A stretch of 64,000 bases of DNA from Isurus oxyrinchus. Taxonomy: Eukaryota. The stretch covers positions 36,022,001-36,086,000 of the forward strand of contig JANJGN010000026.1 in assembly GCA_026770705.1 (NCBI GenBank), given 5' to 3'. The translations under genes and the position numbers were made by a program. This document shows, one piece after another, positions 1 through 10,723 of this stretch (the stretch's first letter is position 1; every line of letters begins with the position of its first letter). A model generated the notes under the pieces. It saw nothing but the letters and a program-made list of their open reading frames with translations, ran no database searches and was not told the origin of the DNA.

Positions 1-49
1 TTCAGATCAACTCCGGGAATGATGTTTCTGATCCTCCAACCTGACTGGC

Positions 50-57
50 TGACGTCA
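50..57. promoter_or_regulatory. Palindromic CRE (TGACGTCA) upstream of first V segment
   Basis: Exact TGACGTCA ~245 bp upstream of leader ATG 302, with CRE-like sites nearby (tggcgtca ~72, tgacgta ~106). CRE motifs are typical of TCR V promoters. Confidence 0.55.
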
Positions 58-301
58 CACAGACTGTAGGGTGGCGTCACAAATATTACATATTACAAAT
101 GCCCTGACGTATGCGCATTCCAACCCCCCCCCCCCCCCCCCAAACCACGACATCCCATCAAGTGCTAGAGACCCGGGTCTGGCGGACACAGTGTAACTGG
201 TGTTGGGCTCAGTTTGATTTGCCACAGGGCTGCCTCCTCCGACAGCCTTCCTTGGCCTGAATCTGATTAGATTTACTCTACACAAGTCGATAGAATCCAA
301 C

Positions 302-819
302 ATGAAGCTAAGCTTCCAATCTGTCTGGATGTCTTACTCTTCCCCCCGTATGAGTACGATTGCTATTTCAGACAGGAATAATTTACACATAGTTTTACAC
401 ATTTGTTATGCTGTGTTACTTTGTACTTTGCTTTATTGCATATCATGTAGTATGTTATGTTGTGCTCTATTTTGCTCTGCTATATTTTATTGTACTAGAT
501 AATATTGCTTTCATGAAATTACTCTATATCTACATATTATTTTCAGATGCAACTGGCAGTGAAGAAGTATCACAGTCTCCTGAGTCACTGGGTGTTACCG
601 AGGAAGACACTGCATCGTTGAGCTGTTCCACCACAGCAGCAGGATGAATCCTACAGTGGTACAGACAATAGCCGGACCGCACCGTGCAGCACCTGGCAAC
701 TGGTACCAGCGATCGGGACAGGATCACGGCTCGGTTCATTTCAGCAGAGAGGAGCAGTGCTCTGAATGTTAGTGACGCTCGAGTGATAGACACCGCCACC
801 TATTTCTGCGCTGTTGAGG
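302..819 (+). pseudogene. TCR alpha/delta-type V pseudogene (leader 302-347, V exon 547-819)
   Basis: 46-nt phase-1 exon ends at GT 348; acceptor tttcag ends 546. Exon reads EEVSQSPESLGVTEEDTASLSC...*ILQWYRQ*...DTATYFCAVE, with stops TGA 645-647 and TAG 669-671. Leader is poorly hydrophobic. Confidence 0.9.
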
Positions 820-858
820 CACAGTGCAGCAAAGATCAGGAGGGACCATACAAAAACC
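820..858 (+). other. 23-RSS, perfect consensus
   Basis: CACAGTG 820-826, 23-bp spacer, ACAAAAACC 850-858. Confidence 0.95.
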
Positions 859-1060
859 TGCCAGGGTGACCGTCACGGTTTGTCGTCGGTGCAGGAATCA
901 GAAAGCTGGGAGGTTCATAGGTGTTTAGTAAGGAAACGTCCGTCAGTCGCCCAATAAAAAAAGATTTCCCTGATCGGAGTTTCCTCTTTAATTTTAGACA
1001 AGCATGTTCAACATCTGTTTAAAATTCTGTTATTTTCTGTCGAAGCCTGAACCAGACACC

Positions 1061-1490
1061 ATGTTTTCCCGAATGTCCTGTCTGATAATGGCCGTGCTGT
1101 GCGGTGAGCCGATGTTTAAAGGGTCATTGTCTATTTCATGTGTTAAATTCAATCCCAGACTTTGACACATTCTGTGTTTGTTACAGCAACGAGTGGTGCA
1201 GTGGCGCAGACTCACTGCCTCTGGATCCCTCTGAGTTTACTGTCTGGAAGAACAGACCGTGATGATCAGCCATAGTTACTCAATTTCTGTGAGCTTTCTC
1301 TACCTCTGTTGGTACATCAAAATTCCCGGTAAGCTCCGAGATATTTACTGAGACACTGTTACTCGGGGCATGGGGATAAGCCTCAACATTTCCCAGACCA
1401 GATCTCTGATGATTTGGCCATAGGTGTTTACAGCAATTCTAATGTTTCACACGTAAAGCTGTCAGTTTTTGTTCTCTACGAACCCAGAAA
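1061..1490 (+). pseudogene. Highly degenerate V pseudogene (leader 1061-1103, V exon from 1187)
   Basis: Leader MFSRMSCLIMAVLC|gtgagc; acceptor ttacag ends 1186. Frameshifted V remnants EQTVMISHSYS..YLCWY..APRYLLR..NVSHVKLSVFVLY. No recognisable RSS. Confidence 0.65.
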
Positions 1491-1542
1491 CAAACTAACT
1501 TCTCAGTTTGAGCCACCAAGAACACTTAGCCTAACTCGCTGA

Positions 1543-1581
1543 GATTTTTGTACGGGCTCCTGGCTTTTATGTGAGGCTGTG
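1543..1581 (-). other. 23-RSS of intact minus-strand V
   Basis: Minus strand: CACAGCC (1581-1575), 23-bp spacer, ACAAAAATC (1551-1543). Confidence 0.9.
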
Positions 1582-2111
1582 CCTCACTGCACAGTAATAG
1601 ACCGCCCAATCCTTCACACTCAGTCTGCTTATATTGAGATAACCGTACTGTTTAGACTTGTCAGCAGCCGCCAGATATCGTCCTGAGATTTCATCTTTTC
1701 TCAGCCCTACTACTTTGGTAATTATCCAGCTTGGAGGCTGTGCCGAATAATGCCGATACCATTGCATACTGTATATAGCCTTGTCTGTATATTCGCAATC
1801 TAACTGCACCGAACCCCCTTCTGACACGCTTAACATCACTGGGGTCTGAGTTACTGGATCGGCACACAGCCCGCCTGTGAAAGTAGAAAAACAGAAGAGT
1901 ATACGGTTAAAGAGGATCCATCTAAACATCTGTCTATCTAAATGACTGTGCGCAAATTCCCATGAACTAAGCTGTTCACAATATGTATACATCTGATCGT
2001 TAATCCTATTAATTGCTAGTGCAAGCCCTTTGCCTCAATGTGCTAACCTGTTTTTATGAACATAATCCAGTATTTACTGCCCAAGATAGCCGCCAGTATA
2101 ATGAGAAACAT
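1582..2111 (-). CDS. Intact TCR alpha/delta-type V gene segment (leader 2111-2078, V exon 1874-1582)
   Basis: Leader MFLIILAAILG|gtaaat and acceptor ttcacag. Open frame DPVTQTP..VQLDCEY..MQWYRH..YLNISRLSVKDWAVYYCAVR with both Cys and the Trp, followed by a 23-RSS. Confidence 0.93.
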
Positions 2112-2278
2112 GTCTGACTGAATCTCTCTCAATGAATATGAATGGAATGAGCCAGAGATTGAAAAGGAGAGAGGGAATCGGGCTTTGTTCAGCTCATTGT
2201 TCCACCCACAATCGGCAGGGGGCTAGGCCCGTTGTGATCTCACTCAGGCAACCAATCAATTGGCTTTGACGTTGGCCA

Positions 2279-2328
2279 CACGTGACTTCCTAATTAGCAT
2301 ACCTCGACTTGGCGCCCTCTGCTGGTGG
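2279..2328 (-). promoter_or_regulatory. V promoter: E-box (GTCACGTG) and CTCF-type motif CCACCAGCAGAGGGCGCC
   Basis: E-box 2279-2286 and CTCF-like motif 2311-2328, ~200 bp upstream of ATG 2111. Both are retained in the paralogous promoter at 6012-6060. Confidence 0.6.
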
Positions 2329-2529
2329 AATCTGTTTTCATCCGGTTAAGGGGGCCATTGATTAGATTTTGTGTTTATCGGTTTACATATCAAAACACAA
2401 ATGTTATTTTCTTCCCCAGAAGTCTAAATTGGAGCTGATCAGAATCAATCTTTTTTTTCCGTTGATATTTATGTAGTATTTAAATAATATTGAAAGTTTA
2501 TAACTCGCTGTTTAGGGATCAGGGAACCA

Positions 2530-3040
2530 CCATTTACATAGAATGTCAAGATATTGGAGATAATAGACCAGAATAGTACTAGGGATGACGGCCTCCAATG
2601 TGAATGGACGAAGGAAATTGGTAATACTTTTCTTATGTAAAAGAATTAAAGGAGGTAGTTAATTGAAGTGCTCAAAATTATAAGAGGTTTGATGAACCAG
2701 ATCGTGTACTGTTGTTTCCACTGGCAGAAAATTTGATAATCCAAGTAGCCAAGTTTAAGAGAAAAGAGACAGGGAAAGGTTATATTCACTTATTACACAG
2801 CCATGTGTTCAAATATGGATTGTACTGTCTAAAAGGATGGCAGAATTTTCATTAGAAACTTTCAGAAGAAAATTATATGTAACTTAGAAGAAAATTATAC
2901 GCAACTTAAAAGAAGAAAAAACTGCCGGCCTTTGTAGAAAATAGGGGGTTGAAAGATGAATTGATAACTCTTCCAATGAGGCATAGACATGATAGGCCAA
3001 ATAGCCTCAATTCTTTGCTCTAATATTCGATTATTCTTGT
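2530..3040 (+). mobile_element. Degenerate CR1 LINE 3' fragment
   Basis: Decayed CR1 ORF2 C-terminus and tail (ttaattgaagtgctcaaaattataag...gataggccaaatagcctc), resembling the younger CR1 copies in this window. Confidence 0.55.
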
Positions 3041-3374
3041 TCCTTCATGTCCCTCCCACTCTATTTGTTGTCAGACACTTGAACAGTCAGCAGGTGCGGG
3101 CTAGTCATTCACATTGAATGTTCAACCGTCACTATTTCCCCTCCATCATTTCCGAGTGCAGCTGAGAGTCACCGCACACTTCACTCAACATTGAGTCTAC
3201 GGTATACTCGCCCACAGCTTCCATTTGCTGCTCTCGCTCTGACTCGATTGTGTGATTGGAGAGATTGCCGCCGCTGTTCCATTCCTGTCATTGGTTGGAT
3301 CAGCAGTGCAGTGGGACGGGGATCTGTATTTCTGCTCTTTCTCGCACTGCAGGGTTAAAGACGTAGGAAGTGTC

Positions 3375-3880
3375 ATGGGGAACTGTTTTGCTTTTTTCCT
3401 CATCATTATGTCACTTCCAAGTAAATATTTCATTCCCAGTGAATAATCCATTTTCCTCTAATTACTATGACACAGATATTGTTGTTAACAAAGCAATAGT
3501 GATGGCAATGATGATGATTCTGTTGATCAATGTGAGGCTGATACTGATTGTTGTTATTGCTATTGTTTTATGTTAGAATGGAGCCACCAAGACAAAGTGG
3601 AACAGCTGGTTGCTGCAATAATTTTTGACGAGAAAAGTAATATCACAGTGGATTGCATATTGAAAACACGTACTGATAACCCTTACGTGTACTGGCACAG
3701 TCAGTGCCACGAGCAGCCTCCACAGTACATGCTTCATATTCTGGGAGGGAAGCCATTCAGACATAAGGATATCAGTGATTAGTTTTCAACATTGTTCAAT
3801 AAAACTACCAAGATTACCGAACTCATGATCGGTAACATCCTGATCTCTGACAGCGCGCAATATTTCTGTGCCTTGGACCC
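3375..3880 (+). pseudogene. V segment with a single in-frame stop (leader 3375-3420, V exon 3577-3880)
   Basis: Leader MGNCFAFFLIIMSLP|gtaaat. Exon DKVEQLV..ITVDCIL..YVYWHSQ..ISD*FSTL..SDSAQYFCALD, with TAG at 3780-3782. Confidence 0.9.
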
Positions 3881-3920
3881 CACACTGCTGCAGAGATATA
3901 GCGGATCCCACACAAAAACC
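3881..3920 (+). other. RSS with 24-bp spacer
   Basis: CACACTG 3881-3887, spacer 3888-3911 (24 bp), ACAAAAACC 3912-3920. Confidence 0.88.
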
Positions 3921-4539
3921 CTCACTGAGAGTTCCCGTTAGTGTTCAACAGAGGGTTCTCTCAAACCGATAAACAGAAGCAATAATCCCGCCTCTGCAGT
4001 GAGAAAAATTGCAAACATCTACAGCCTTCTGCAATAATAGAAACTGACAATTTCTGCAGTAATATTCATTTGCGATTTCAACTTACATATCTGATAACAT
4101 TAACATTACGGGCCAATTTGTGGTGCCTTACGTCACTTCTTTCTCTTTCGATGCCTTTCCTGCCGACATGGTCATTCTCACACCATCTCTCCACGCGTTA
4201 CCCATATTTTCAGACATCTCCTTCTTTGGTCTTTGGTTTAAAGATTTCAAAGCTTTGATACTTCTTTGAACATTAACTCAAAACTATGCTAACTCAGCCG
4301 GCCATAGGGTTTGCCTCAGTTTTAACCGATTTAGCCAATGAAAACTTAATTTATTATTTACTTATTTACCAATCCTGACACGCCTGTGTTCACCCTGTTC
4401 TCCCCCAATTTGGAATAAATATGAAATTACAGCAGCTGTTATCGAGAGGCAGAGTTATATTATTTTAGAAGGGGACATAAATATTGAATTAATCTCCTTA
4501 CAAATGGATTCGACGTGTGACAACACTTCCTGCTCCAGC

Positions 4540-4800
4540 CCCGCCCACAGCTTCCTTTGCTGCCTTCTCTCTGATCCGCCTTGCCTGCCCTGTGTGATTG
4601 GACAGATTGGTGCCGCTGTTCTCTGTTTGGCATTGTTTAGATCAGCGGTTCAGCCGAGCGGGGCTCGGTATTTCTGCTCTGACAGAGAATTTCCAAGGCT
4701 GCAGAGCTACAGAAAGAAGAATCATCATGTGGAACCATACTGTACAGCTCCTTCCTATTATATCAGATCTCACTAAGTATTTCCTTCCGAGTAAAACTTT
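4540..4800 (+). pseudogene. Orphan V promoter + leader exon (ATG 4727), paralogue of 3210-3440; splice donor destroyed, no V exon
   Basis: Aligns with the 3375 V upstream region (gcccacagcttcc..tgtgattgg..gtatttctgctct). The 46-nt exon 4727-4772 is followed by CTAAGT instead of GT. Confidence 0.7.
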
Positions 4801-4814
4801 ATTCCCCTTCGAGT

Positions 4815-5060
4815 ACAAGCGTACGAACGAGGAGCAGCAGTAGGCCATTCAGTCCCTCGAGCCTGCTTCGCTATTTAGCAACTTGAAATGTTCACCCCAC
4901 CTACCCCCGCTGTCCTATCACCACCTCTCTTACCAAGAATCTATCCACATCTTTCTTAAAATATTCAAGGACTCTGCTTCCATCGCCTTTTCAGGAAAAG
5001 AGTTCCAAAGGCTCTCGATCCCCTGAGTGAAAAAAATCGCCTCATCTCTGTTTCAATTCA
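4815..5060 (-). mobile_element. CR1 LINE 3' tail
   Basis: Reverse complement of the CR1 tail (gagcagcagtaggccattcagtccctcgagcctgct). Confidence 0.7.
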
Positions 5061-6011
5061 GGTCCCTGGTTCACTGTACAGCTGAGCTACCCAATGGCAA
5101 GAATAGACCAACGGAAGAAATACCTCCAAGAACAAAACCGGGACAGAGCAGAGGAACAAACGGAAGCTGTGGCCGGCGATGCTGCAGCTTGAAAACTGAT
5201 AAAAGTGCACGGCGGTGACCAGCTGCAGCCGGAACTGATGGAGCAGAAATAGCGACGGTTAAAACTCCAGACGTCTCCGAGCATCCTGCACCTGTTCACA
5301 CATCAAATGGCTGAGAAAAACTAGTAAGGGAGGGCAGGAAGGGACCAGAATTGTAAAAAGATACGGAACGGAATGAGGACTCCGCTTACCGTATCTGTGT
5401 CTATTTAAAAGGCCCATCACAATCGCCTTTCACACCGCGCATTTTCCACGCTGTTTTCCTTTCTCAAGTTATAACAATTCCATATTGAAATTTATGACTG
5501 GATCCTCTTCCCCCGTTATTTTAGGCACCTATTCCAGATGTTAACACGTACAATGTAATAAACAAAACAGATCTTTGTCCCTCTGTTGTTTTCATGAAAT
5601 CGAAATGATTTGGTTATTGAATTTTCTGATAATGGAAGCAACTGCGACCTAATCTGTCAAATGGGCACAATTTTTTAGCACATCTCTTTTACCTTCTTTG
5701 TTACGAGGGCAAGAATCCAAGTTTCTCTAGACTATTCCCGCAAACGTTCCTCATCTCTGGTGCCATTCTGGTGTACAGCGTCTGCACTTTCTCCAAAATC
5801 TTTGCATTACTTCTACTTCGTCGCACCCAGGATTTGGACAGAGAATCCAGGGATGATTTCTAAAGATTTATAAATACTCTCTGACATAAACATCAGCAGC
5901 AACGAAGACTGTGTCTAAACAGCTCCACTTTAGGCTTTGGGGGCACCTTTGTGTCTTGATAAGCATTTCAAAAACTGAATGGCAGCATCCGAAGAGGGAT
6001 TGAACCGGATT

Positions 6012-6060
6012 CTCCAGCGGAGGGCGCCAAGTTCAAGCATGGGCGTCACTAAGTCACGTG
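6012..6060 (+). promoter_or_regulatory. V promoter: CTCF-type motif CTCCAGCGGAGGGCGCC and E-box GTCACGTG
   Basis: Motifs at 6012-6028 and 6053-6060, mirroring 2279-2328. Confidence 0.58.
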
Positions 6061-6219
6061 TTGGAAACGCCAAAAGGGATGATTCCCTGAGTGAGGTCAC
6101 AATGGGCCTCACTGCAGTGTGTGGGTGGAACAATAAGCTGACCAGAGCCCGGGTTCCCTCTCTCCTTCTCAATCTCTGGCTCATTCCATTCATATTCACT
6201 GACAGAGATTCAGTCAGTC

Positions 6220-6748
6220 ATGTTTCTGATAATACTGGCGGCGCTGCTGGATAGTAAGTACTGGATTAAGTACATCACGGCAGATCAGTAGATTAATGTA
6301 GAGACATTGCGTTGGTAATTAATACAATTAACGATCTGAAATATCCAGACGATCGAGAGCTGGGTAAATAGAAGGTTCTACAAACTTACATAGCTACAAA
6401 CAAATATTGATCAACACGGTTTAACTGCTTGATATTTCATTCCTCTACCTCACAGGCGGAATATGCGGAGATCCAGTCACTCAGGCTCCAGCTGCAATAA
6501 CGGTTTCAGAGGGCGATTTGGTGCAGTTAGACTGTGAATATGCAGAAAAGAATATCTATTCCATGCAATGGTACCGGCAGCAAACGGCACAGCCACCAAA
6601 ATGGATTATCACCAATATCTTAGCACTGAAGGAAGATGTAATTTCAGGACGATATCTGGCGGCTGCTGACATGTCTCAAAAGAACGGTTACCTCAATATA
6701 AGCGAACTGAGTGTGGAGGACGGGGCGCTGTATTACTGTGCAGTGAGG
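6220..6748 (+). CDS. Intact TCR alpha/delta-type V gene segment (leader 6220-6253, V exon 6456-6748)
   Basis: Leader MFLIILAALLD|gtaagt and acceptor cacag ending 6455. Open frame DPVTQAP..VQLDCEY..MQWYRQ..EDGALYYCAVR. The 293-nt V exon matches its paralogue in length. Confidence 0.94.
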
Positions 6749-6787
6749 CACAGCGTCAGATCGCAGCGAGAATCCCGTACAAAAACC
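6749..6787 (+). other. 23-RSS
   Basis: CACAGCG 6749-6755, 23-bp spacer, ACAAAAACC 6779-6787. Confidence 0.93.
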
Positions 6788-6792
6788 TCATC

Positions 6793-7070
6793 GGTTTTTG
6801 CTCCGTGGTTCCAGAGATGTAAAACAGGCAGGTCTATGTACCGCAGTTTTATTGCTCTATTTGTCCTTGTCCAAATCCACAAAAGAGCAGTTTTGGGAAA
6901 TATGCAAAATTATCTCCATACCGCCATTTATAGGGTAAATATCTGCGAGCCGAACCGGGACATCGATTTGCCAACAGAGGAAAAGAAATCTCTCAGAAGT
7001 GGAGTCCCTGTAGCTGATAATTATGGGCTGTTCTTACAAAATCGTTAACTCAAGTGGACCCAGGGTGAAT
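6793..7070 (-). pseudogene. Degenerate V relic, inverted paralogue of 1190-1490
   Basis: Reverse complement aligns with 1220-1420 (gaacag.cc.t.at.atcagc..cctctgttgg..cccggt..agatatttac) and ends in a collapsed RSS-like CACGGAGCAAAAACC. Confidence 0.55.
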
Positions 7071-7659
7071 TGGTGGAGGGGTGGATTGATCAGTTTATTG
7101 TACCTATTTCCACAAACACTTGATTTAATTTTCCTTTTATATATCATTCTGTTAATTTCATTCTTGTTTTGGAAGCTACTCCTTGTCACTGGGGAAAGAA
7201 TCAGGTATTAGTTTATCGGGAACGCAAGGAGAATCATTTCGCTTCACCATAACTCCATTTTTGCTGCAAATGAACTTATATTCTTGAGCCGGCATTTCTG
7301 AAATCGAGCTCCTGAGCATCCCGTCCCATATTCAGTGATGAAAGAGTTGAGGGATGATTTAGAGTATCTGTGCACTGTGAGCAAGTCTCTACCACCCTCA
7401 TCGTTCACTTGGTTCAGTTCCCAGATGCAGTAGTGCAGTACGGTGAAACACGGGGAGGCAAGGACGTCAGGAGGCTGTAGTAGAACTCATTCGACATGGG
7501 GACTGGGGAGGCAATCTGGACATGGGCTTTAGAAGCGAGATTGCTACCAGTCAATTCTACAAAAAAAAGCAGTTCATCATCCGAATAATTTAACGGAATG
7601 AAAATATCTTTATTATTTATAATAACATAATAACATGCAAATTAATCATCTGTGCAAAA

Positions 7660-8000
7660 ATCAATCAAACATGGAAAGGATCTTTCCTCTTGTAGGCGAA
7701 TCTAGAACTAGGGGACATTGTACAAAAATAAGCGGTCTCCTATTTAAAACAGAGATGATAAGAATGTTTTGTCTCGGAAAGTCGGGGGTCTTTGGAAATC
7801 CCTTCCTCAAAGGGCAGGGCAAGCAGGGTCCTTGAATGTTTTCAAGGCAGAGGGAGATCAATTTTTGATAAGCAAGTAAGTGGAAGATAACCGGGGGTAG
7901 GTGGGAGGTTGCAGTCAGATCAGACATGACCTTATTGAATGGAGGAGCAAGCTCGAAGGGCCGACAGGCCTACTAAAGCTCCTATTTCCTATGTTTGTAT
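7660..8000 (+). mobile_element. CR1 LINE 3' tail
   Basis: MERIFPLVGESRTRGH..FKTEM motif plus tail gctcgaagggccgacaggcctact. Confidence 0.8.
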
Positions 8001-8877
8001 ATATTTGATTTGATTGACATAGTCCTTTGATGATTAGGGTGCTCGCAAGCCTTACATTCTTCCGATATGAACAATCACAACCTCATCAGTTGCGTATTAA
8101 TGAATTTATGAACAAGAGTCTCATCTATTTATGGAAATGAACAGGTACTGCCATAATGACGTGGGCACCTCAGAAAGCTGAGGCAAATAATCTAGGAATG
8201 AATATTAAATAGTAAAGGTATCATAAGCAAAACAATGAACAGATAAAAGTTACAGTAATAGTAAAACTAAAGCTATGAGAACCACAACAATGTGGCAGAA
8301 TAATCATGCGGCAATATCTTGCAGCAATATTCGAGAATAAATTGAGCGTCGTTGTTTTACAGACAATATTCCACTGGATGGCGCTCCAGGACCTTGCCTT
8401 TGGAGAAAACTTAAACCGTCAGTTCACCGCTCTGACAGGTGACAGCTGGGGATTGCAGGAAATATTTTGGCGCTGTGACACGTTACTGCCAACAATACTG
8501 TATATAGGGCAAGGATTGATAGGTGAATTACACAAGAGACTTAAAGATGGAGGCCTATAAATCATTTTATTTCATGGTCCAATGTCACTGCGTTGTAGAT
8601 TTTCATTGTTAATTCAAGTGTCAGGTATAGGCAATGTAGATATACTTCATGATTCTTGTCTTTTCAATACGCTCTGAGATTTTAATATAACTGCTGCCAT
8701 TTAAACTTTGTTATGACTAGATTTGGCCGATTGTAAACGCAATTTAAATTATAATCTAATATAATTTCATGAGTGGGCCTCACTTCTTGTTATTGGGTGC
8801 TCTGCTTCGTTGCAATATTAAGAAAATCCATGAATCCCAGTGGAGGCTGTATTACTGTTTCCATATATTGGTGTGAG

Positions 8878-8892
8878 AGCGCCCTCTGGTGA
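8878..8892 (-). promoter_or_regulatory. CTCF-type motif TCACCAGAGGGCGCT 3' of a V relic
   Basis: Close match to the CTCF core; a decayed equivalent (tcaacagagggttct) follows the RSS of the paralogous 3375 V. Confidence 0.5.
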
Positions 8893-8949
8893 GCGCCAAC
8901 TGGCCCTCTCAGCGTGGGTCTCTATCCAGGATACGTGATATCGCTCCAT

Positions 8950-9240
8950 CAATTTGGGCACCATGGCATGGAAATCCAGGAGAGTGTGAGAGATCAGAGT
9001 GTGGCTGATCTTTAACTCAGTATATTGGTAATTTCGTTAACATAGAACGGAATAGATCAGTGAATGACGCGCAGGTTCATGTTTACATTCCCCCATAAGA
9101 TAAGATGAATCATGTATTGTGGAGACTGGCCTTGTTCCTGGCTGTACCAGTTCACGAAAGGGCGAGAATCGTTTGTCTTCAAGATACTACTAGGTGTGAA
9201 ATGACTTCCCCCTTCAGACGTAATTTTTGGGAAAGGCATC
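8950..9240 (-). pseudogene. Degenerate V pseudogene, inverted paralogue of the 3375 V family
   Basis: ILKTNDSRPFVNWYSQEQGQSPQYMIHLI matches ILKTRTDNPYVYWHSQCHEQPPQYMLHI. First Cys lost, frameshifted, RSS decayed. Confidence 0.75.
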
Positions 9241-9492
9241 TTGGTTAAAACAGGCGCACGGGGAATGGATTTTTACTGGGGGAAAATAATTATATTATTT
9301 CGTTGGACGGGGTCGTGAAAATCTTCATCCACATTCAACACGTGCAGTTTTTGAGACGATGGTCAATTAGATATCAAACAATCTCTCAGATCAATAAGAG
9401 ATCAAACTGTCTATATTTACTGGCCTGCCTCTCTGATCAGCAGAATGCGTCGTCAATGTCTCAGTTCTCTGAAAACAACAGATTTGTGGTTA

Positions 9493-9506
9493 CGGAAGTG
9501 ACATCA
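9493..9506 (+). promoter_or_regulatory. ETS site overlapping TCR V-promoter decamer AGTGACATCA
   Basis: CGGAAGT 9493-9499 and AGTGACATCA 9497-9506, followed by CCAAT; ~160 bp upstream of leader ATG 9662. Confidence 0.65.
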
Positions 9507-9661
9507 GACCAATCAGGTCCAGTGATCTCAGCTCTTCCTATGGCATGTTCTGCAGGGTGCGACATCAGACCAGCAGTAGCCAGTGCTCTCAACTTTTTCT
9601 TGTTTGATATTCTGCGGGTTTCTGACACACAAAGAGTCCCATGAACCCCGGAACAACTGAA

Positions 9662-10723
9662 ATGCGAATCTCCGTTCTCGCTGTGATCTGGGTGACATCC
9701 GCTGTCGGCAAGAAATTTAAAATATTTTTTAATAAGGCTTCAGTTTCTGGAGGGATTAATTTGAAGAAAAAGAACAGGAATTCATGTTAATCAAGTGCCG
9801 GGCCTGCGTTAGAAAGCACTTGAGTTATTGTGGGCAGATTTGGTATCTTCCTTGTAAGAATAATAAAGAGACAAAACGCAACGTAAAAATTAATCATAAT
9901 GACTATGTCAGAATTGAGAGATAACATTGCACAGACTGGGGCTCATTCCTCTACTAAAGGGAAGACTGATTGGTAACCGGATAGAGTTCTTTAACATGAC
10001 TAAATGGTTCATTGGGGAGATAAGCGGAACATGTATACACTTGAGGAGGATTCCAAAATTATGGGTCATAAATAAGAGTCACAAAAAAGATCCAAATGGG
10101 ACTCCAGGAGAAACTTCTTTCTTCTTTAGAATATGGAATTCACTGCCACAAGGAGCAGATGAGCAAAATACACAAATACATTAAGGGGAAGCTGGATAAA
10201 CAGATGGTGGAAGAAATGACGGAGAGAATTGCTGATGTAATGAGATGAAGAGGGAGGCAAGGTGCTCATGGTGATTGTAAACAACGACATAGGGCAGTTG
10301 GGCAGAATGAGCTTTTGAACTATAAGTTGTAAATAATTTTATGTCACACTTACTGTGAATTTTCACAGTCAGTTCTGTTCAGTTGAACTTTTAACTGATG
10401 GTTTCTGCTTTCTTTAACCGTGTCTTCCAGATATAAGCGATGGAGATTCTGTTACTCAGGGGGAATCCTCGGTCACTCAGGCAGAGGGCAAAGATGTCAC
10501 TTTCACCTTCACCTATACTGACGATGCTGATTAGTTATTCCAGTACCAGCAGGACCCAGCAGTCCGGAGGCACAAGGGCGGTAGTTCTGAATTGAAAGCG
10601 GATTTCATTCAGAGCCGGTTTTTTGATACAGTCCACCAGTCAGACAAATTGTACCGAATAGCCATATCGGAGCTGCGGCTGCCTGACACCGCAGTCTATT
10701 ACTGTGCGCAGAGTTGCACAGTG
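9662..10723 (+). pseudogene. TCR alpha/delta-type V pseudogene (leader 9662-9707, V exon 10431-10716, heptamer 10717-10723)
   Basis: Leader MRISVLAVIWVTSAV with GC donor. Exon GDSVTQGESSVTQAEGKDVTFTF(C lost)TY..*..RRHKGGSSELKADFIQSRF..PDTAVYYCAQS with TAG 10532-10534. CACAGTG intact, nonamer lost. Intron carries a decayed CR1 piece. Confidence 0.88.

Noticed and set aside
6518-7048. 176-aa ORF as a single protein
   Set aside because: Read-through of the V exon across its RSS into the antisense V relic; the segment ends at 6748.
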